Source: the human T2T-CHM13v2.0 reference genome, Homo sapiens. From it: a stretch of DNA of 64,000 nucleotides. The DNA lies in assembly GCF_009914755.1 (NCBI RefSeq), contig NC_060930.1, one strand, 5' to 3'. Both the position numbers and the translations under genes were made by a program. The notes beneath the pieces were generated by a model. That model was not told where the DNA came from, did not search any database, and worked only from the letters and a program-made list of their open reading frames with translations. This document shows, one piece after another, positions 50,883 to 63,390 of this stretch. Numbering within the stretch: the stretch's first letter is position 1; each line of letters starts with the position of its first letter.

Positions 50883-51590
50883 AGGCAGATTTATTGTGAT
50901 GGTAACTGGACTTAAGTGGCAGGGCCCTTCACTTGAACTAACTGCGTGAATTCTGGAAGTCACTGAGAATTCTAGAGTGTTTTATGAGGAAAGAGAGGAG
51001 AACCAGGTTTCCACTAGGAACCGTTTCTAAGCAAGCACTGTAAATTTTCTAATGTGACCTTAATTTCCAAGTCTCCAGTACAGTCGGCCCTCTATATCTG
51101 TGCATTCCACATCTGCGGATTCAAATATGGATTGAATTATATTTGGATTGAAATATTTGGATTGAAAATATTTGGAATGTACCATGGATTGAAAATATTT
51201 GGAAAAAAGCATTTCACAAAATTCCAAAAATCAAATCTTTAATTTGCTGTCTGTGGAGTACTATGTTGAATCCATGAGGATGTAGTGATATGTAGACATC
51301 GTAATAAGTATGACAAGTAATCTAGAGACAATTTAAAGGATGATATGTTTAGGTTGTGTGTAAATACGATACCATTTTATATAAAAGACTTAAGCATCTG
51401 GGGATTTTGGTATCCACAGGGTGTCTTGGAACCAATCTCCCACAAATACTGAGGGGACAACTATAATTTGTTGTGATTTATTTTCTCATGCTAAATAGTC
51501 ACATTTGTATCTAACTTTAATTCAAATATTCTTTTCTTTTCCCTAAAATGACTTCACCAAATTATGTAAGCTTCAGGCTGATAGCCCTGG
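50883..51590. mobile_element. hAT-Tip100-type element (Zaphod/MER115/MER53-like) interrupted by MER2B
   Basis: ggcagatttattgtga..cagggcccttcacttg at the left end; taatttgttgtgatt..caaattatgtaagcttcaggc at the right end. Confidence 0.55.
51081..51463 (-). mobile_element. MER2B-like (TcMar-Tigger)
   Basis: ta|cagtcggccctctatatctgtg..aagtaatctagag..ggaaccaatctcccacaaatactgaggggacaacta|ta. Confidence 0.85.
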
Positions 51591-52719
51591 TGATTTTGGT
51601 GCATGTTGTTCCTGGACCAACCTTTGACAAATGCTATCCAGGGTTATGGAGTGAGATGGGAGATAGAATATCAGTTACATGTAATGCCAGCAAGATGTCA
51701 GATGGGCTGTTGTTAGAGAGTCAGAAATAGTATTAGAGGTGAACATTGGAAGTAAAATTTAATTTTGATTGGGAATTTTAGGCTTTGTGCCTAACCACTA
51801 TGTGACCACTGGACACCAGCCTGCCATGCAGTGGTAGTTTGGATAATTTTACTTATTTGCTAAATATGGTACCTCTGGAAGGATGTGTTAGAGGATTGCC
51901 TGATTGTGGGTATATATTTTTAAAAAGGTTGGATGTCATTGAATTGATGAGAATGTACCTTTATGGACAGTCCAACCTCAGGTCCTCTGCTTCTGTTCTC
52001 CCTACCATCTGTAGCTTTTCAAAGTTGAGTCCACTGCTTTCCACACACCTCCCACCTCTCCCACCACCTGCAAGCTTAAACCCTCCCCCTTTTAGAGGTA
52101 GTCCTCACTGAGGCATAAAGTGCTTGAACAGCCTCAGCTCTATCATATAATTGGGCTTTCAGTTACATCCATATCCCAGAGTTGGTGGCACACCTAGGAC
52201 TGCTAGATTCTACACCTTGTGATTTCTCAAGATTTTTCCAAAAACAGAGCCGGGGGCCAGGAGGAGTATTTGTGTATAGTTTACCTCCATTTCTCTCATT
52301 TCTCCTAATCCCCAGAAAAAACCCTGAGTTGTAGCCTAACACACCCTATAATTTGTCTTAATCCAAACTTAACTTCCCAGAGTCACAATTCCTACTGAAT
52401 GTTAAGCTGTAATTATTGAGGAACAAAGTTTGCACAGAATCAGGGGCTGCAGATGGTATGAAATGATTTCCTAATAGTACAGGATATTATGGCCATGCCC
52501 TCTCCTCTCTTTATTTGCTGGTAATAGCCTGATCCAGAGCAACTTTGGAAAGCAATGGATCTCATTAGGAATCTTGCTGAAAACAGAGCCCAAGAGATAA
52601 TCCGCCATTCTCTTGATAAATAGGTACCATAGTTTCTGGTTATCTTTTATGATATTCCAATTAGCAGAGGGTTGGGGTAAGAATGAACAAATGATTGAAT
52701 TGTGGGTCCTGATAAGTGT

Positions 52720-52955
52720 ATATTATCTAGCATGACTGAGTGCCTTTTGTATGCCGGGAACTTTAACGAATGCTTTATGTACATTATCTTAATCTTTTAT
52801 ATACATATATATATATAAATATATATATATAAGCAAACTCATTGTATATATAGATGACAAAACTGAGACTTGAGGAGAATGTGTAGCTTCTCAAAAGCCA
52901 TATAGCAATCAAAAGAGCTGAAATATGAACTCAGATTTTAGGGACTCAACTTCAT
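52720..52955 (-). mobile_element. MIR with an internal (TA)n
   Basis: actgagtgccttttgtatgccggg..atagatgacaaaactgagacttgagg..gagctgaaatatgaactcaga. Confidence 0.7.
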
Positions 52956-53375
52956 TGTATTATAGACCAATCATTATTTGTCTTCCCATGTTTAAGGCAT
53001 ACTCTTCATTGGTCTATATGGTTTGTATCTACGTACAGTTTCTTACATACTCCCAAAGCAATGTATTGATAAAGAATTAGAGTCAATCAGGACACTATGC
53101 AACCTGAGATAAAGGGTTCCTTAGCAGTGGTGCCCTTGGGAACGCAGAAGATTAGGTGAGGTTATTTGAGACAAACCAGGATAAAGGCAACAGGATTTTA
53201 TCATGGATGTTCCTCACATCTGTAGAAGTGTTCCTATTGGCTAGGAAGAAGCAATATTAGTAGGAGTCCTAATTAGGTGTTTGCAACCATTATTTCTACT
53301 AACTGTTAACTCTGAGCTATTAAGACCCCATTTGGGCACATCCTAATTTAGGGTGTAAAAGAAAATAACAGGGTG

Positions 53376-53549
53376 GGCTGGGCGAGGTGGCTCATGTGTG
53401 TGATACCAGCACTTTGGGAGACTGAGGCAGAGGATTGCTTGAGGCCAGGGGTTTGAGGCTATGGTAAGCTATGATGGTGCCACTGCACTTCAGCCTGGGT
53501 GACAGGGTGAGATCCCGTCTCTCTAATAAATAAATAAATAAATAAATAA
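53376..53549 (+). mobile_element. Monomeric Alu (FRAM-like, or a collapsed AluJ dimer)
   Basis: About 150-bp body with a (TAAA)n tail. 12-bp TSD aaaataacaggg at 53362-53373 and 53550-53561. Confidence 0.88.
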
Positions 53550-54639
53550 AAAATAACAGGGCTGTCAGTGATATCATTTCCTAGGGTTAACATAAAGCAT
53601 CTGTCACTCTTTGCCATTTTTGCATTTGGTTAAAGGAATACTATCACATCACGTGACACCCACTAAAGGGTCCCAGAACAATCATTTTGTGAAGTGTTGG
53701 GGCTACTGCAATATAATTGCCCAAAGAACTATACACTTTGTTTCTTTATTGACTCTTAATGTGCTGTTGCAGACAGTGAAGATAGTGGCATAGTGGCTCC
53801 AGGGGAAAGTTATAGAGTAATTTCTGGTGGAACGGAGATGTCATCAAAGACAGAAGAGACCTTTAGAAACAATGCCACTGGCTGTACTTTCAAAGCCATG
53901 TAATCTGGGAGTAGAGATCTCACAGGGTGGCAGTGCCAGTGCTATGCAACACTTAGGTCTGTGGACCCAGCTCATGCTTCTTTCTCAGTGTCTGTTTCAT
54001 CATTTTAAAGACTTCTGATGTACCATGATTAGCTATCGGTCTTTTTCTCACCTCATCCCTTGAAAGAACATATTTTATTTTTCTTAGTACAACATAGCAT
54101 AATTCCACTAAACAGTAGTCATCTGTAAGCCTGCCAAGCCAGATAATGTTTGGCTCTCTTTTCTAGCTCATTCCCCTGGAGAAAAAATATAGTGAAATCC
54201 CAGAAAAGGTTACAGAGGTATTCTGCTGTTTAACAGTATTGCTGCCTTTTAAGAAACAAAATGAAAACTATCCAAAGCCAAATATCCTTTGATAATATGG
54301 ATGCATATCATCCCTTTCTAGACTAATGGATAACTATGTTCAATTTCTTTTTTCCATTTAAAATTTGAAAAGACAATATTTACCTGTCAAAATTTTGAAA
54401 TTCCTTGATTGGAAAGAAAGGTTTCGTAGGAGATGTGGGGGATGGGGATTGTGACTTCCTCTTCTCAGGGTCCCACACAGTGCCTGGCATGTAGTAGGCT
54501 CAAGAGAGGTGAATCATACTGCCTGGATCATCCCTAGTGTGTTTCATGGTCACTTCCGCATGTCCATCGACACTTCCTTTTTCTACTGAATGAGATTTAC
54601 ACTGAGGCATATGCACATTTATATTTACCCTTCTTTCAG

Positions 54640-55700
54640 GGACAGTGCAGCTCCAAGTGCCCTCTGCACGTGTGATTAAATATTAATTAGGCTTCTAATA
54701 TAAGCAAGTGAGTTCACAGGCCTGAGTGTCACATGAATAATTTATGAGGTACCCGAAGGTTCAGCCTGGAAAGCTGATTGGCCACCTTGGATTTGTATAA
54801 TTACGAAGTTTCATTATTAACAGTGGAAGCGGTGCAGAGATTTGCCTAGCTTGAGGGACTTTGAAAGCATAAGCTGTCTCATTAGGGAAAAAGGGAATAA
54901 GGCAAAATATGCAAACTTGTTAGCAGAAAAGAAGGGGGGTGGATGAGATTTAAACTTAGCTTTCAAACATGACTATAGTATGTATGCTTTTAGAAATATG
55001 TAGTAAAATTGGTATTCTGATTGATAAGCATGTTTGCTTTAAATTTTTAGTATACTGAGAAATGCTTCAAAGGTTTTTTTTTAAATTGAAGGCCAAAATC
55101 TTTAATATTTTACTGATAAAGCCACAGGTAGCCTAATGGGCCCTGTGGAGTGAGAGGTTTGGAGGTAAAAGAATGAAGACAGTCCAGGGCTCTTGCTAGA
55201 ATGTGTGTTGTGCATGCAATTAAATCTCAAGGTCAAACAATTTACAGACAATTACTTTTCTAACATCTCCAGAAATGCCTGCTTACACGTCTTTAATTTT
55301 AAATGATACTGATATTCCAATTCTCCCCAAAGGTTAATGCTGACTAAATCCAGCTGTGACCTGACACGATGCGACAGCACAGTGCCTAATTATCCTCTGG
55401 ATAGTCATTTACTTGAAACCATTAAAGGAATAGGCTGAGAGGAAGATTTAGGACCCTGAAAAAATGTTAGCCTGACTTCTTTCTTCTTGAAGATGGGATG
55501 GGCTGAAAAATAAAAATAAAATCCTGCTAAATGTTAGCCATTTGCTTTGATGGCAGAAAATTGTTCATCCCACTCTGTTTTTTTACAGGTTAAATTGCTA
55601 ACTAGTTCATTTTATCCATTGCCTACGGCTGGCGCTAAATGTCAGTGACAAATTTTGTACTTGTCTTGAAGAATGAATTAAGTTATGCACAAAAGCTATA
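54640..55700. promoter_or_regulatory. Candidate conserved enhancer cluster
   Basis: CACGTG (54667), TTAATTAG (54683), TTTATGA (54741), CTGATTGG (54774), TAATTACG (54798), TCAAGGTCA (55227-55235), CAGCTG-TGACCT (55351-55362) and TAATTA (55387) in repeat-free DNA. Confidence 0.45.
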
Positions 55701-58700
55701 GTGCTCTTTTAAGATGAGTGAATTGCAGAGGGAAAAAAGTTGCTCTTTTGAGAAAGGATTATTTTGATTAAAGGCCTTTTCTATAGTAGCGGAAGACAGG
55801 TAGTGGTTTAAGATAATTCCGACAGTTACCTCCCACAGAGGCTGCAGTCCTTTGCTAGAAATTTTCCTAAGAGCAATTGTGTCAGATTATATACTATGAT
55901 TATTATCATAAGACCATTAGTGACAGTGAAATAAATTACTAAAAAAAATTAAAAAACCCTAGTTTTTATTAACAAGAGTAAAAATCATTGTTTTCTGTTG
56001 TAGGGGTTAGCATTCCATCACTTTGTTACATAAACCTTTCACAGTGAGTTGCAATGGAAATTAAAGAGAGACATAATATGCTTGCCAAAATGTTGCGAAA
56101 ATGAAACCTTAGGTCCTTAGGTAACTTGTAATAGAAAAATTTGACAACAGCTGCTAGAGACCTTCATCTCTCTTGTTTTTAGTTTCTTGGCAGTTGAGTC
56201 TTGACTCATCGCCTCGTAATAAAAACTATCTAGCAACAGTTATTGACATCCCATTGTAAGCTAGTTTACTATCACTAGCTTATATAAAATGAGATTTGCA
56301 TCAGTTCTATTTCTGGTTTTCATTTTGGAATATTTTTGCTTATTTGATATACAAAGTTTAATAGGAGTAATTTTGTCATAGTACTGAATTATTCCAACTA
56401 AATTTTAGCACTCTTGATAAATAAAATGAGTAGACTAAAAATGCAATTTTAAAAAATTATAGTGCTAATATGAACATACCGAAGTATTGAGTACCTGAAG
56501 GGAGATTTCACCTCTGATTCAAATAGATGGGTTTTGTTTGAGTGGGGACAGGATTTTCTTTGATGAACTCCAAGAATGTGACTGACTACAAATAGTTTAT
56601 AATTTCTATTCTGTTAGTCCAAGATGTTTACTTGAAGGAGCAAAAATATGCTGATGGTTTCTAGGTGAAGTGATAATACAAGGTTATTTAGTTAGAATTT
56701 TCCTTGCATCATAAGAGACAAGTATAACCAAGCTTTGTTAATTGATGCCATTTCATACTGTGAAATTATTATAGGGAATTTGATTTTAAAGAAAACTATA
56801 GTGATTAGTTTTAAAACCCTAGTTAAATAATTACTTACTTGGGATCGGCTCTTTTAAATTAAATTAATGAAATGAGTTGTCAAATCAGCTCTCACTAAAG
56901 TGATAGATAAATATAGGTATTTGAACTTCTGTCAAGACCTAGTATTCAGTCTTGGCAAGAAATGGCTTTTGTGATTGAATGGTTTCCTCTTTTACTCCTC
57001 GGTCCCCCACCCCTTTTCTAACTACTGCGATCCTGTTCTATAATTATGAGTAGTGTGAATGGCCTCTCAGTTGGAGTTGCCATTATCTTCATCCTTCCCA
57101 GCAAGAGTTTCAGTCTGATGATGTAGAACAAGATTTTGAGGAAACAGCCTAGGCTTCAGTATTAGGGAAAAGTGGTCTCCCAGAATGTTGTTTAGGATGT
57201 TTTTTTCTTGGTGTACATATATGTGTGTCTGTAGTGCAGTGTGCTGTGATGTAGTGTGGTATGCAGAGGGAAGTGCCAGCTGCATTTAAATAGAATTTTA
57301 TCTACAAAATGGTTTCTTATGTATTCCTGCGTTTGGGCTCACACCATCTCTTTGGATAATTCTGCAGGGGCCAGATGCTCTAACTATCACGGGGGGGTGT
57401 ATGTACACATTTTGCATGACTGATGTGTCAGGAAATTGGACAATAGATGATGGAAATCATGTGGCTGGTTAATTTACCTCATTGGATTGGAGTTCACTAA
57501 CTTCATGAATTTGGTGCTGATTTTACCTGATTTTCTTCTCTTCCTTTTGTATTTTATGGTTTATATAATTAGCACATTAAACTTATAGGCTTAAAGAAAA
57601 CATAATTTAGTTTTCAGTAAATAACTATGTTTAGTGATGCGTGTTTTTCTAGGTAGGTTTTGTCTTCAAATTGTTCCCACTGTGACTTGTTGGCATTAAT
57701 AAATCTACTGGAAGAGTCAGAGGGATGAACAGGGAACACTATTTTCCCCAATGAAAATAATCTCTGGTATCTCCGTATTTGTGGCTGAGAATGTAGACCT
57801 ACTACTAGACAGTGTTCAATATTGCAAGAGGTGTGTAGTGAAGCCTAGAATATATTTTGGCATTTTGCTTCCCCATGCAGCTTCTTGTATAATCAATCCC
57901 ACTGTGTTTACAGGTGAAATCTTACTATGTTTGTTTAAAAAAGAAAATAGTGGAATTGGTTGGAATGTGTAAACTTGAAGAGTAAAGTCCTCTGCCATAA
58001 TGCACACTGAGAGCCAAAGTATTTTAATTTGTGTGTAAATTGGACATATACTAGCAACATATCTTTTTGTGCTTTAGCTGTGAATTGTGTCCACTTATCT
58101 ATTGTCATCAGTCAACATTTCTAGAAGAGTGCTTTTTAAACTTGCAGTTAATATTCAACACAGGTAATAACAAATATCCATTCAAAAAATAATTTTACCA
58201 TTTCAATTTATTTGTTAGGGACTGTAAATCATAAATTGACTTCCAATATGATTTAGTCCACATAATCATTTCTATTAAAACATAAAGTTTATCCATGTAG
58301 ATTAACATTATTGAGCATTTTTGTTTCCATTTTTTAATGGTGATATTGCTGTCCTGCACCTAACATTCCATGAAGTCACATGTGTAGCAATTGTAAGTTC
58401 AACAGAAGGAATGGAGTATCCATAGAAGATTGAGTGTTAATAGGACATTTTATATTTGATTCTACCTTTGTTTCCAAAGTTCTTCATATAATTGAAGTCT
58501 CCTTTAACCCCCTCTACTTTTCAGAGAGGCCTCTCTCCTTTACTGCTCAGACTATTATTTCAATAATTTAATTTTGATTTTATATTGCTAAATATTGCAT
58601 TAAACATTCTCTTTTGAGAACTATGTACTGTATTTGACATTCCACTTGAAAAATCTTAAATTCATTTTCTGTCTCTGTTGCTTATTTTTAAACCCACTAA

Positions 58701-59377
58701 ATTTAAACTGTCCCGTTTCTCTCCCCCCTCCCTGGGTGTTCAGACCACAAAGTTTTTTTTATGTGATATAGGGCACATAGAGGATGAGTCAAAAAATATT
58801 TAAAAATGGCCTCACTTATGTAACCATAATATAGATCTTAACTTCTTAGCAAATGCATAAATTATCACTATGTTTTCCCACAGCCTTGGACTTCCCAATT
58901 GCCACATGTAGTAGTTGTGGGATACTATTAACCAAAATGAAATAATCAAATGAAATTAATACATTTTCCTACCTAAAAGCTCACCAGCTTATTTACTTGT
59001 TTCTAGCTCAGAAGGCCAGAGCATGCCATCTAAAAACTTGGACAACATGAACTTGGACCCAAGTTTGTCCAACTTAGATCTCCTCTCTGTCTAACTTAGA
59101 TACCCTCTTTTCCCTTGAATATGTCTCTCACTATTTTGGCAAAAGCTATGGTCCTTCTGAATCAGAGTCATGCAGTTTATTAGGGACAGCTAGCTGAGAA
59201 ACCACAAATAAATATAGATCTTTTATATCCACTTAACATTTATTTTATTATTTCTCTGTGGGAAATTGGAAATAACTTGGAGTGTAGATGTATTGCTTCA
59301 AGCAGATCCAATGGATGAAACGGTTTGCTTTGGAGAACAAGCAAGTTACTGGTGATTTGCTTTATAGTACTAAGGAT

Positions 59378-59500
59378 AATAACTATAGCAATTATACTTT
59401 TTTGAGCACTTACTGTATGTAACTCTTATTTAATCCTCACATTTACTCTGCAAGGCAGTTATAAACTGTATTTTACAGGTGAAAAAACTGATGTTCAGTA
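59378..59500 (-). mobile_element. MIR fragment
   Basis: tttgagcacttactgtatg..cttatttaatcctcac..attttacaggtgaaaaaactga. Confidence 0.75.
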
Positions 59501-60049
59501 TTGTACAATATGAATTAAATAAGTGAATCTATCACATCACTGACATTATTTTCTTGCTTTCCTCTGTGTTTGAATAGAAATACTCTGTAACTGAAAAAAA
59601 GAATAAGTTATTTGGAGTGAAAGTTTATGCAAATATTTTTTCTCATGGGATTCAAGTTATGGCTCTGGCTTTTTGCTTCCATCTCTACCCCCTTGAAATA
59701 TTTTGCTATTCATATTGGAATAGGCATTTGTCTATCAGACATTTGTGATCTCCCAATCAAATAAGATCACTGAGAACTTGCAGAAATATTATTTAGTGTC
59801 ATGATTTTACTTGGCATACATGACTTAGAAATAGTTGAAATATATATATTTTTAAAGGAAATCATACCTTAGTAAGTACAAGAGAAAATTCAGATTAACT
59901 TCATTTTGCATGTTGTCTTTTAAACGCTTCCTGGGATCTGATTTATGCTGACACTGTGGGCACTATATAAACAGTATGTTGCAGTGCTTCTCTCCTTGTG
60001 CCCCCACTTCCCTCTCCATCCCAGTAAATCCTTTGAAGGTTTTATTATT

Positions 60050-60540
60050 CAGGGGTGGGAAGATTGGAGTGAAAGCTACAGAATGATTTAACACTGTGGG
60101 AACTTAATCAATAAGAGTGTTGCCGAGAGCTCCCAGGAAAGGGTGTTGTTTTCCATCCAGATGATAATGAGGCCGAGTAGCAGCAACCTCTGGAGGAGGA
60201 GTGCTGGGGCAGCGATTCTTTGGTAGTGCTTTTGCTGGTTGCTAATTAATAGTTTTGAGGCCAGTGGGGCACCTTTTGGCCTCTCTGACATTTGCAAGCT
60301 TTTCTGTGGCTTGTCCCACATGTCTTTCCACCATCAGGGGTCACTCTCAACTGGATTGGAGTCTGACAAGTCTAATTGGCTCGAATCTATGCAGATTTAA
60401 ACATCTAGCCCACATGCCAAAAATCTGATGTTTTCTCATGCTGCTTCTGAGTTCCTGGCATTATAGGATCGGTGCATGCCTGAATTATTATGTACCAGCT
60501 TATCCTTCTGTTAGCATGTTAAAGAGCAATTAACTGGATG
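60050..60540. promoter_or_regulatory. Candidate conserved enhancer block
   Basis: Unique block with raised GC: TAATCAATA (60105), GTTGCC (60119), GCAAC (60183), GTTGCTAATTAAT (60238) and TGACA..CTAATTGG (60364-60379). Confidence 0.4.
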
Positions 60541-61074
60541 TGGTGTAAGAAATAGGGGAAAGAACTTCAATGCAGTTCAGTTGTAAATGCCTTTTATACT
60601 TAAAAAAAACTGTCAGACCATTGAGCATTACTGGTTGGAAAGCAGATTGAATCGTATAGTCAAAATTTTTAAAGGGTGAATAATTTTTTGAGAGTTGGTT
60701 TAAAAAAAAATCCTTGCTGGGCAAACATACAACGGTAGTATAATATAAATCACCCAAACATTCTTGATTTACTTACGTTGTCCCACTTCCTTTCCCAGAT
60801 CTTACACTTCTCTCTCAAACTCTCAACTTTTATTTTTCCAAAATTTCAACTTCCTTATAACTGGTGAGTGGTCAGCCAACTTGCTAGATGAGTTTTCTTG
60901 TAGAGTATGTCTTTTTCATCACTGCCACTTTATAGGATTCTGAGTTAATGGCAGAATGCTGAGCTGGATGCACTCATAGTCCACACAAGACATTTGGATA
61001 AGATAATAAATTTCCAGTTTTCTTGTAAATAATTTATTTTAATTGACCATTATGACATATACAAAATAACATAA

Positions 61075-61290
61075 TAGATATGCTGATATATTGCTTTGCA
61101 ATTTCTAATGCATTTTGCCATGTTTAATCTTCACAATAATCTTGAGAAGACAATAAAGCCAGATGGGTTAATATTATTAAATTTCTAAATAAATATATTG
61201 ATTTACAGAAAAATTAGATGGCATGCACAGTGTGCCTGTGCTATTGAGAGGCGGAGTTGGATTTTGATTACAAGCCACTTTTTCACCATA
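61075..61290 (-). mobile_element. MIR/MIR3 fragment
   Basis: tttaatcttcacaataatcttgagaag..gaggcggagttggattttga. Confidence 0.55.
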
Positions 61291-61888
61291 ACATATATGA
61301 AAATAATTTGTTCAGTTGATTAGTTCATAAAAATCTTTTATAACTATGGCTAATTTTTAAAAATGTGTTGGCATAGTCTTAAACTATCCAAGGAGTTTTT
61401 GAAATATAGCAATAAAGTGATGAGTAAATTTATCTATGTGTGACTTAACAATTTTAATACCAAACTACTCTAGAGACTGAGAATGCATTTGATTTTCATT
61501 TTCTGAGAAATCTGTGTCATCGATAATTCACCTGAAGACATCAACCTTGCCATACAACATGTGGGAAATATTAAATTAATCCTTAAAAGTCTTACTTTTT
61601 AATAAAATGTTGACATACGAAAGTATGTTTAATGCAAATAATAACTGAAAATATCAGTTAAATGCTATTCTTAGCTTTTGTCTCAAACACTTGAGAAATC
61701 TGGTAAATAAAATCTTTAATTTTTTTCCTATTTTTTTCCTCAGAGAATGCTCTCCTTTTGTTTTTTTTTTTTTTTTTTGACAATTCTTTTGTGTCTCAAA
61801 GTTTCTGAGGTCTGAAAATCCCTCTTTCCGTATCCTCACAACTTATATTGTAGTTGCAGTGTTGGAAAAATATTACAAGTTAAAAAGA

Positions 61889-61891
<3 letters not shown>

Positions 61892-61924
<33 letters not shown>
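61892..61924. repeat. (GT)n microsatellite
   Basis: About 16 perfect units. Confidence 0.97.
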
Positions 61925-61925
<1 letters not shown>

Positions 61926-62380
61926 TGCATGGATGTGTAGCATGTGTGGTTTCAAAATAATTTAGAATTTTCTAGCCTTCAGTATAATTGATTACATGGA
62001 ATATAGTGAAATGCATTTGTCTCTTGCTATTGGCGTCTATTTGTGTAGTATTAGATACCCTTTGAGTGAAAAAGATGGACATTTAAAGATCAAACTGGTA
62101 GAGAGCTTTGATATCATTAGTTCAGCTTCTCATTATACATTATTTTATTTATTTGTTTTTCTGTTTTTTTTTCCCCAAAGCAAATAATTTTGGGCCCATT
62201 AGTATAAGAAGAAATAAAAGGGCTTTATATATCACCTATGGAAATATTTTGATGTGATTTTCTATTAGGAAGTGAATAAATATTAATTTTAGCAAATTTT
62301 AACATACGGTCAAGCAATTTCAATGAGCAAGATCCTAATTTTACCATTCTAGATAAGATGAAATTGGACTAACAGTTTGA

Positions 62381-62689
62381 TTATTTATCTATTTATTTAT
62401 TCATTTTAGAGACAGGGGATCGCTCTGTCACACAGGCTGAAGTGCAATGGCGTGATCTCGGCTCACTGCGACCTCCGCCTCTTGGTTCAAGCAATTCTCC
62501 TGCCTCAGCCTCCCAAGTAGCTGGGATTACAGGCATGTGCCACCATGCCCGGCTAACTTTTGTATTTTTAGTAGAGACTGTGTTTCACCATGTTGGCCAA
62601 GCTGGTCTCAAGCTCCTGCCCTCAAGTGATCCACATGCTTCAGCCTCCCAAAGTGCTGGGATTACAGACATGAGCTACTGCACCCAGCC
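62381..62689 (-). mobile_element. AluS (Sz/Sx-like)
   Basis: Full dimer with a (TTTA)n tail; ggttcaagcaattctcctgcc and cctcaagtgatcc. Confidence 0.9.
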
Positions 62690-62779
62690 TTCACTTTGAA
62701 ATCATACAAAATATATAACTTGAATGAATACCTTCTGTTCCATTTGTGTAAACATTCTGTAATGGAATTAAATACCATC

Positions 62780-62885
62780 AGATCTGAGTTTCTAGTTTGA
62801 ATTTGCCACTAACAAACTGTGTGATTTAGATCAAATTATTTACCTCCCTGTAAATCAAATTTCTCAATAGCAAAATAGGAAAAAC
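62780..62885 (+). mobile_element. MIR fragment
   Basis: agatctgagtttctagt..ttgccactaacaaactgtgtgatttagatcaaattatttacctccctg. Confidence 0.7.
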
Positions 62886-63034
62886 ACATACCTTTTATAT
62901 AAAATAATAGTGACTCACCAGAACTTGCTAGTGTTTTTATAAAATAAGCAGAGAAGCTTTACTATTATCAGACCAAAAATTTTATTTTAAGGTGGTATCA
63001 TACACTTTAAGATACATAATATGGCCTGGCTCAC

Positions 63035-63390
63035 ACAGACCTTGATTCAAATCCTGACTCAGCACTTTTACCAAATATGATTGTTTGGGGAATTATGTCA
63101 GGTTGTGGACTCCCTGCCTCCCTTTCTTCCTTCCTTCCTTCCTTCCTTCCTTCCTTCCTTCCTTCCTTCCTTCCTTCCTTCCTTCCTTCTTTCCTTCCCT
63201 CCTTTTTTCTTTCTTTGTTTTGGTTTCCATCTGAAAATAAAAGGGAAAGAACATGCTCTTTATCTCTTTGGCACAGATTTGCTAAATGATAGGCCCTCAA
63301 TAGATGTTAGTTTCTCCTTTCCAGTTTTATGAATATAATTGGACAACAAAGCTTAGAGTAATATAAATGTGGCTTACCACTGTTATTATA
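63035..63390 (+). mobile_element. MIR split by a (CCTT)n tract
   Basis: cagaccttgattcaaatcctgactcagcactttta..tggtttccatctgaaaataaaaggga..aggccctcaatagatgttag. Confidence 0.6.
63113..63215. repeat. (CCTT)n tetranucleotide microsatellite / polypyrimidine tract
   Basis: About 15 perfect TTCC units within about 100 bp of nearly pure pyrimidines. Confidence 0.97.

Noticed and set aside
60259-60273. CTCF-like ggccagtggggcac
   Set aside because: Spacing is two bases short of the CCASYAGRKGGC core.
63031-63332. KEGR/PSFL-repeat ORFs
   Set aside because: Translations of the (CCTT)n microsatellite.
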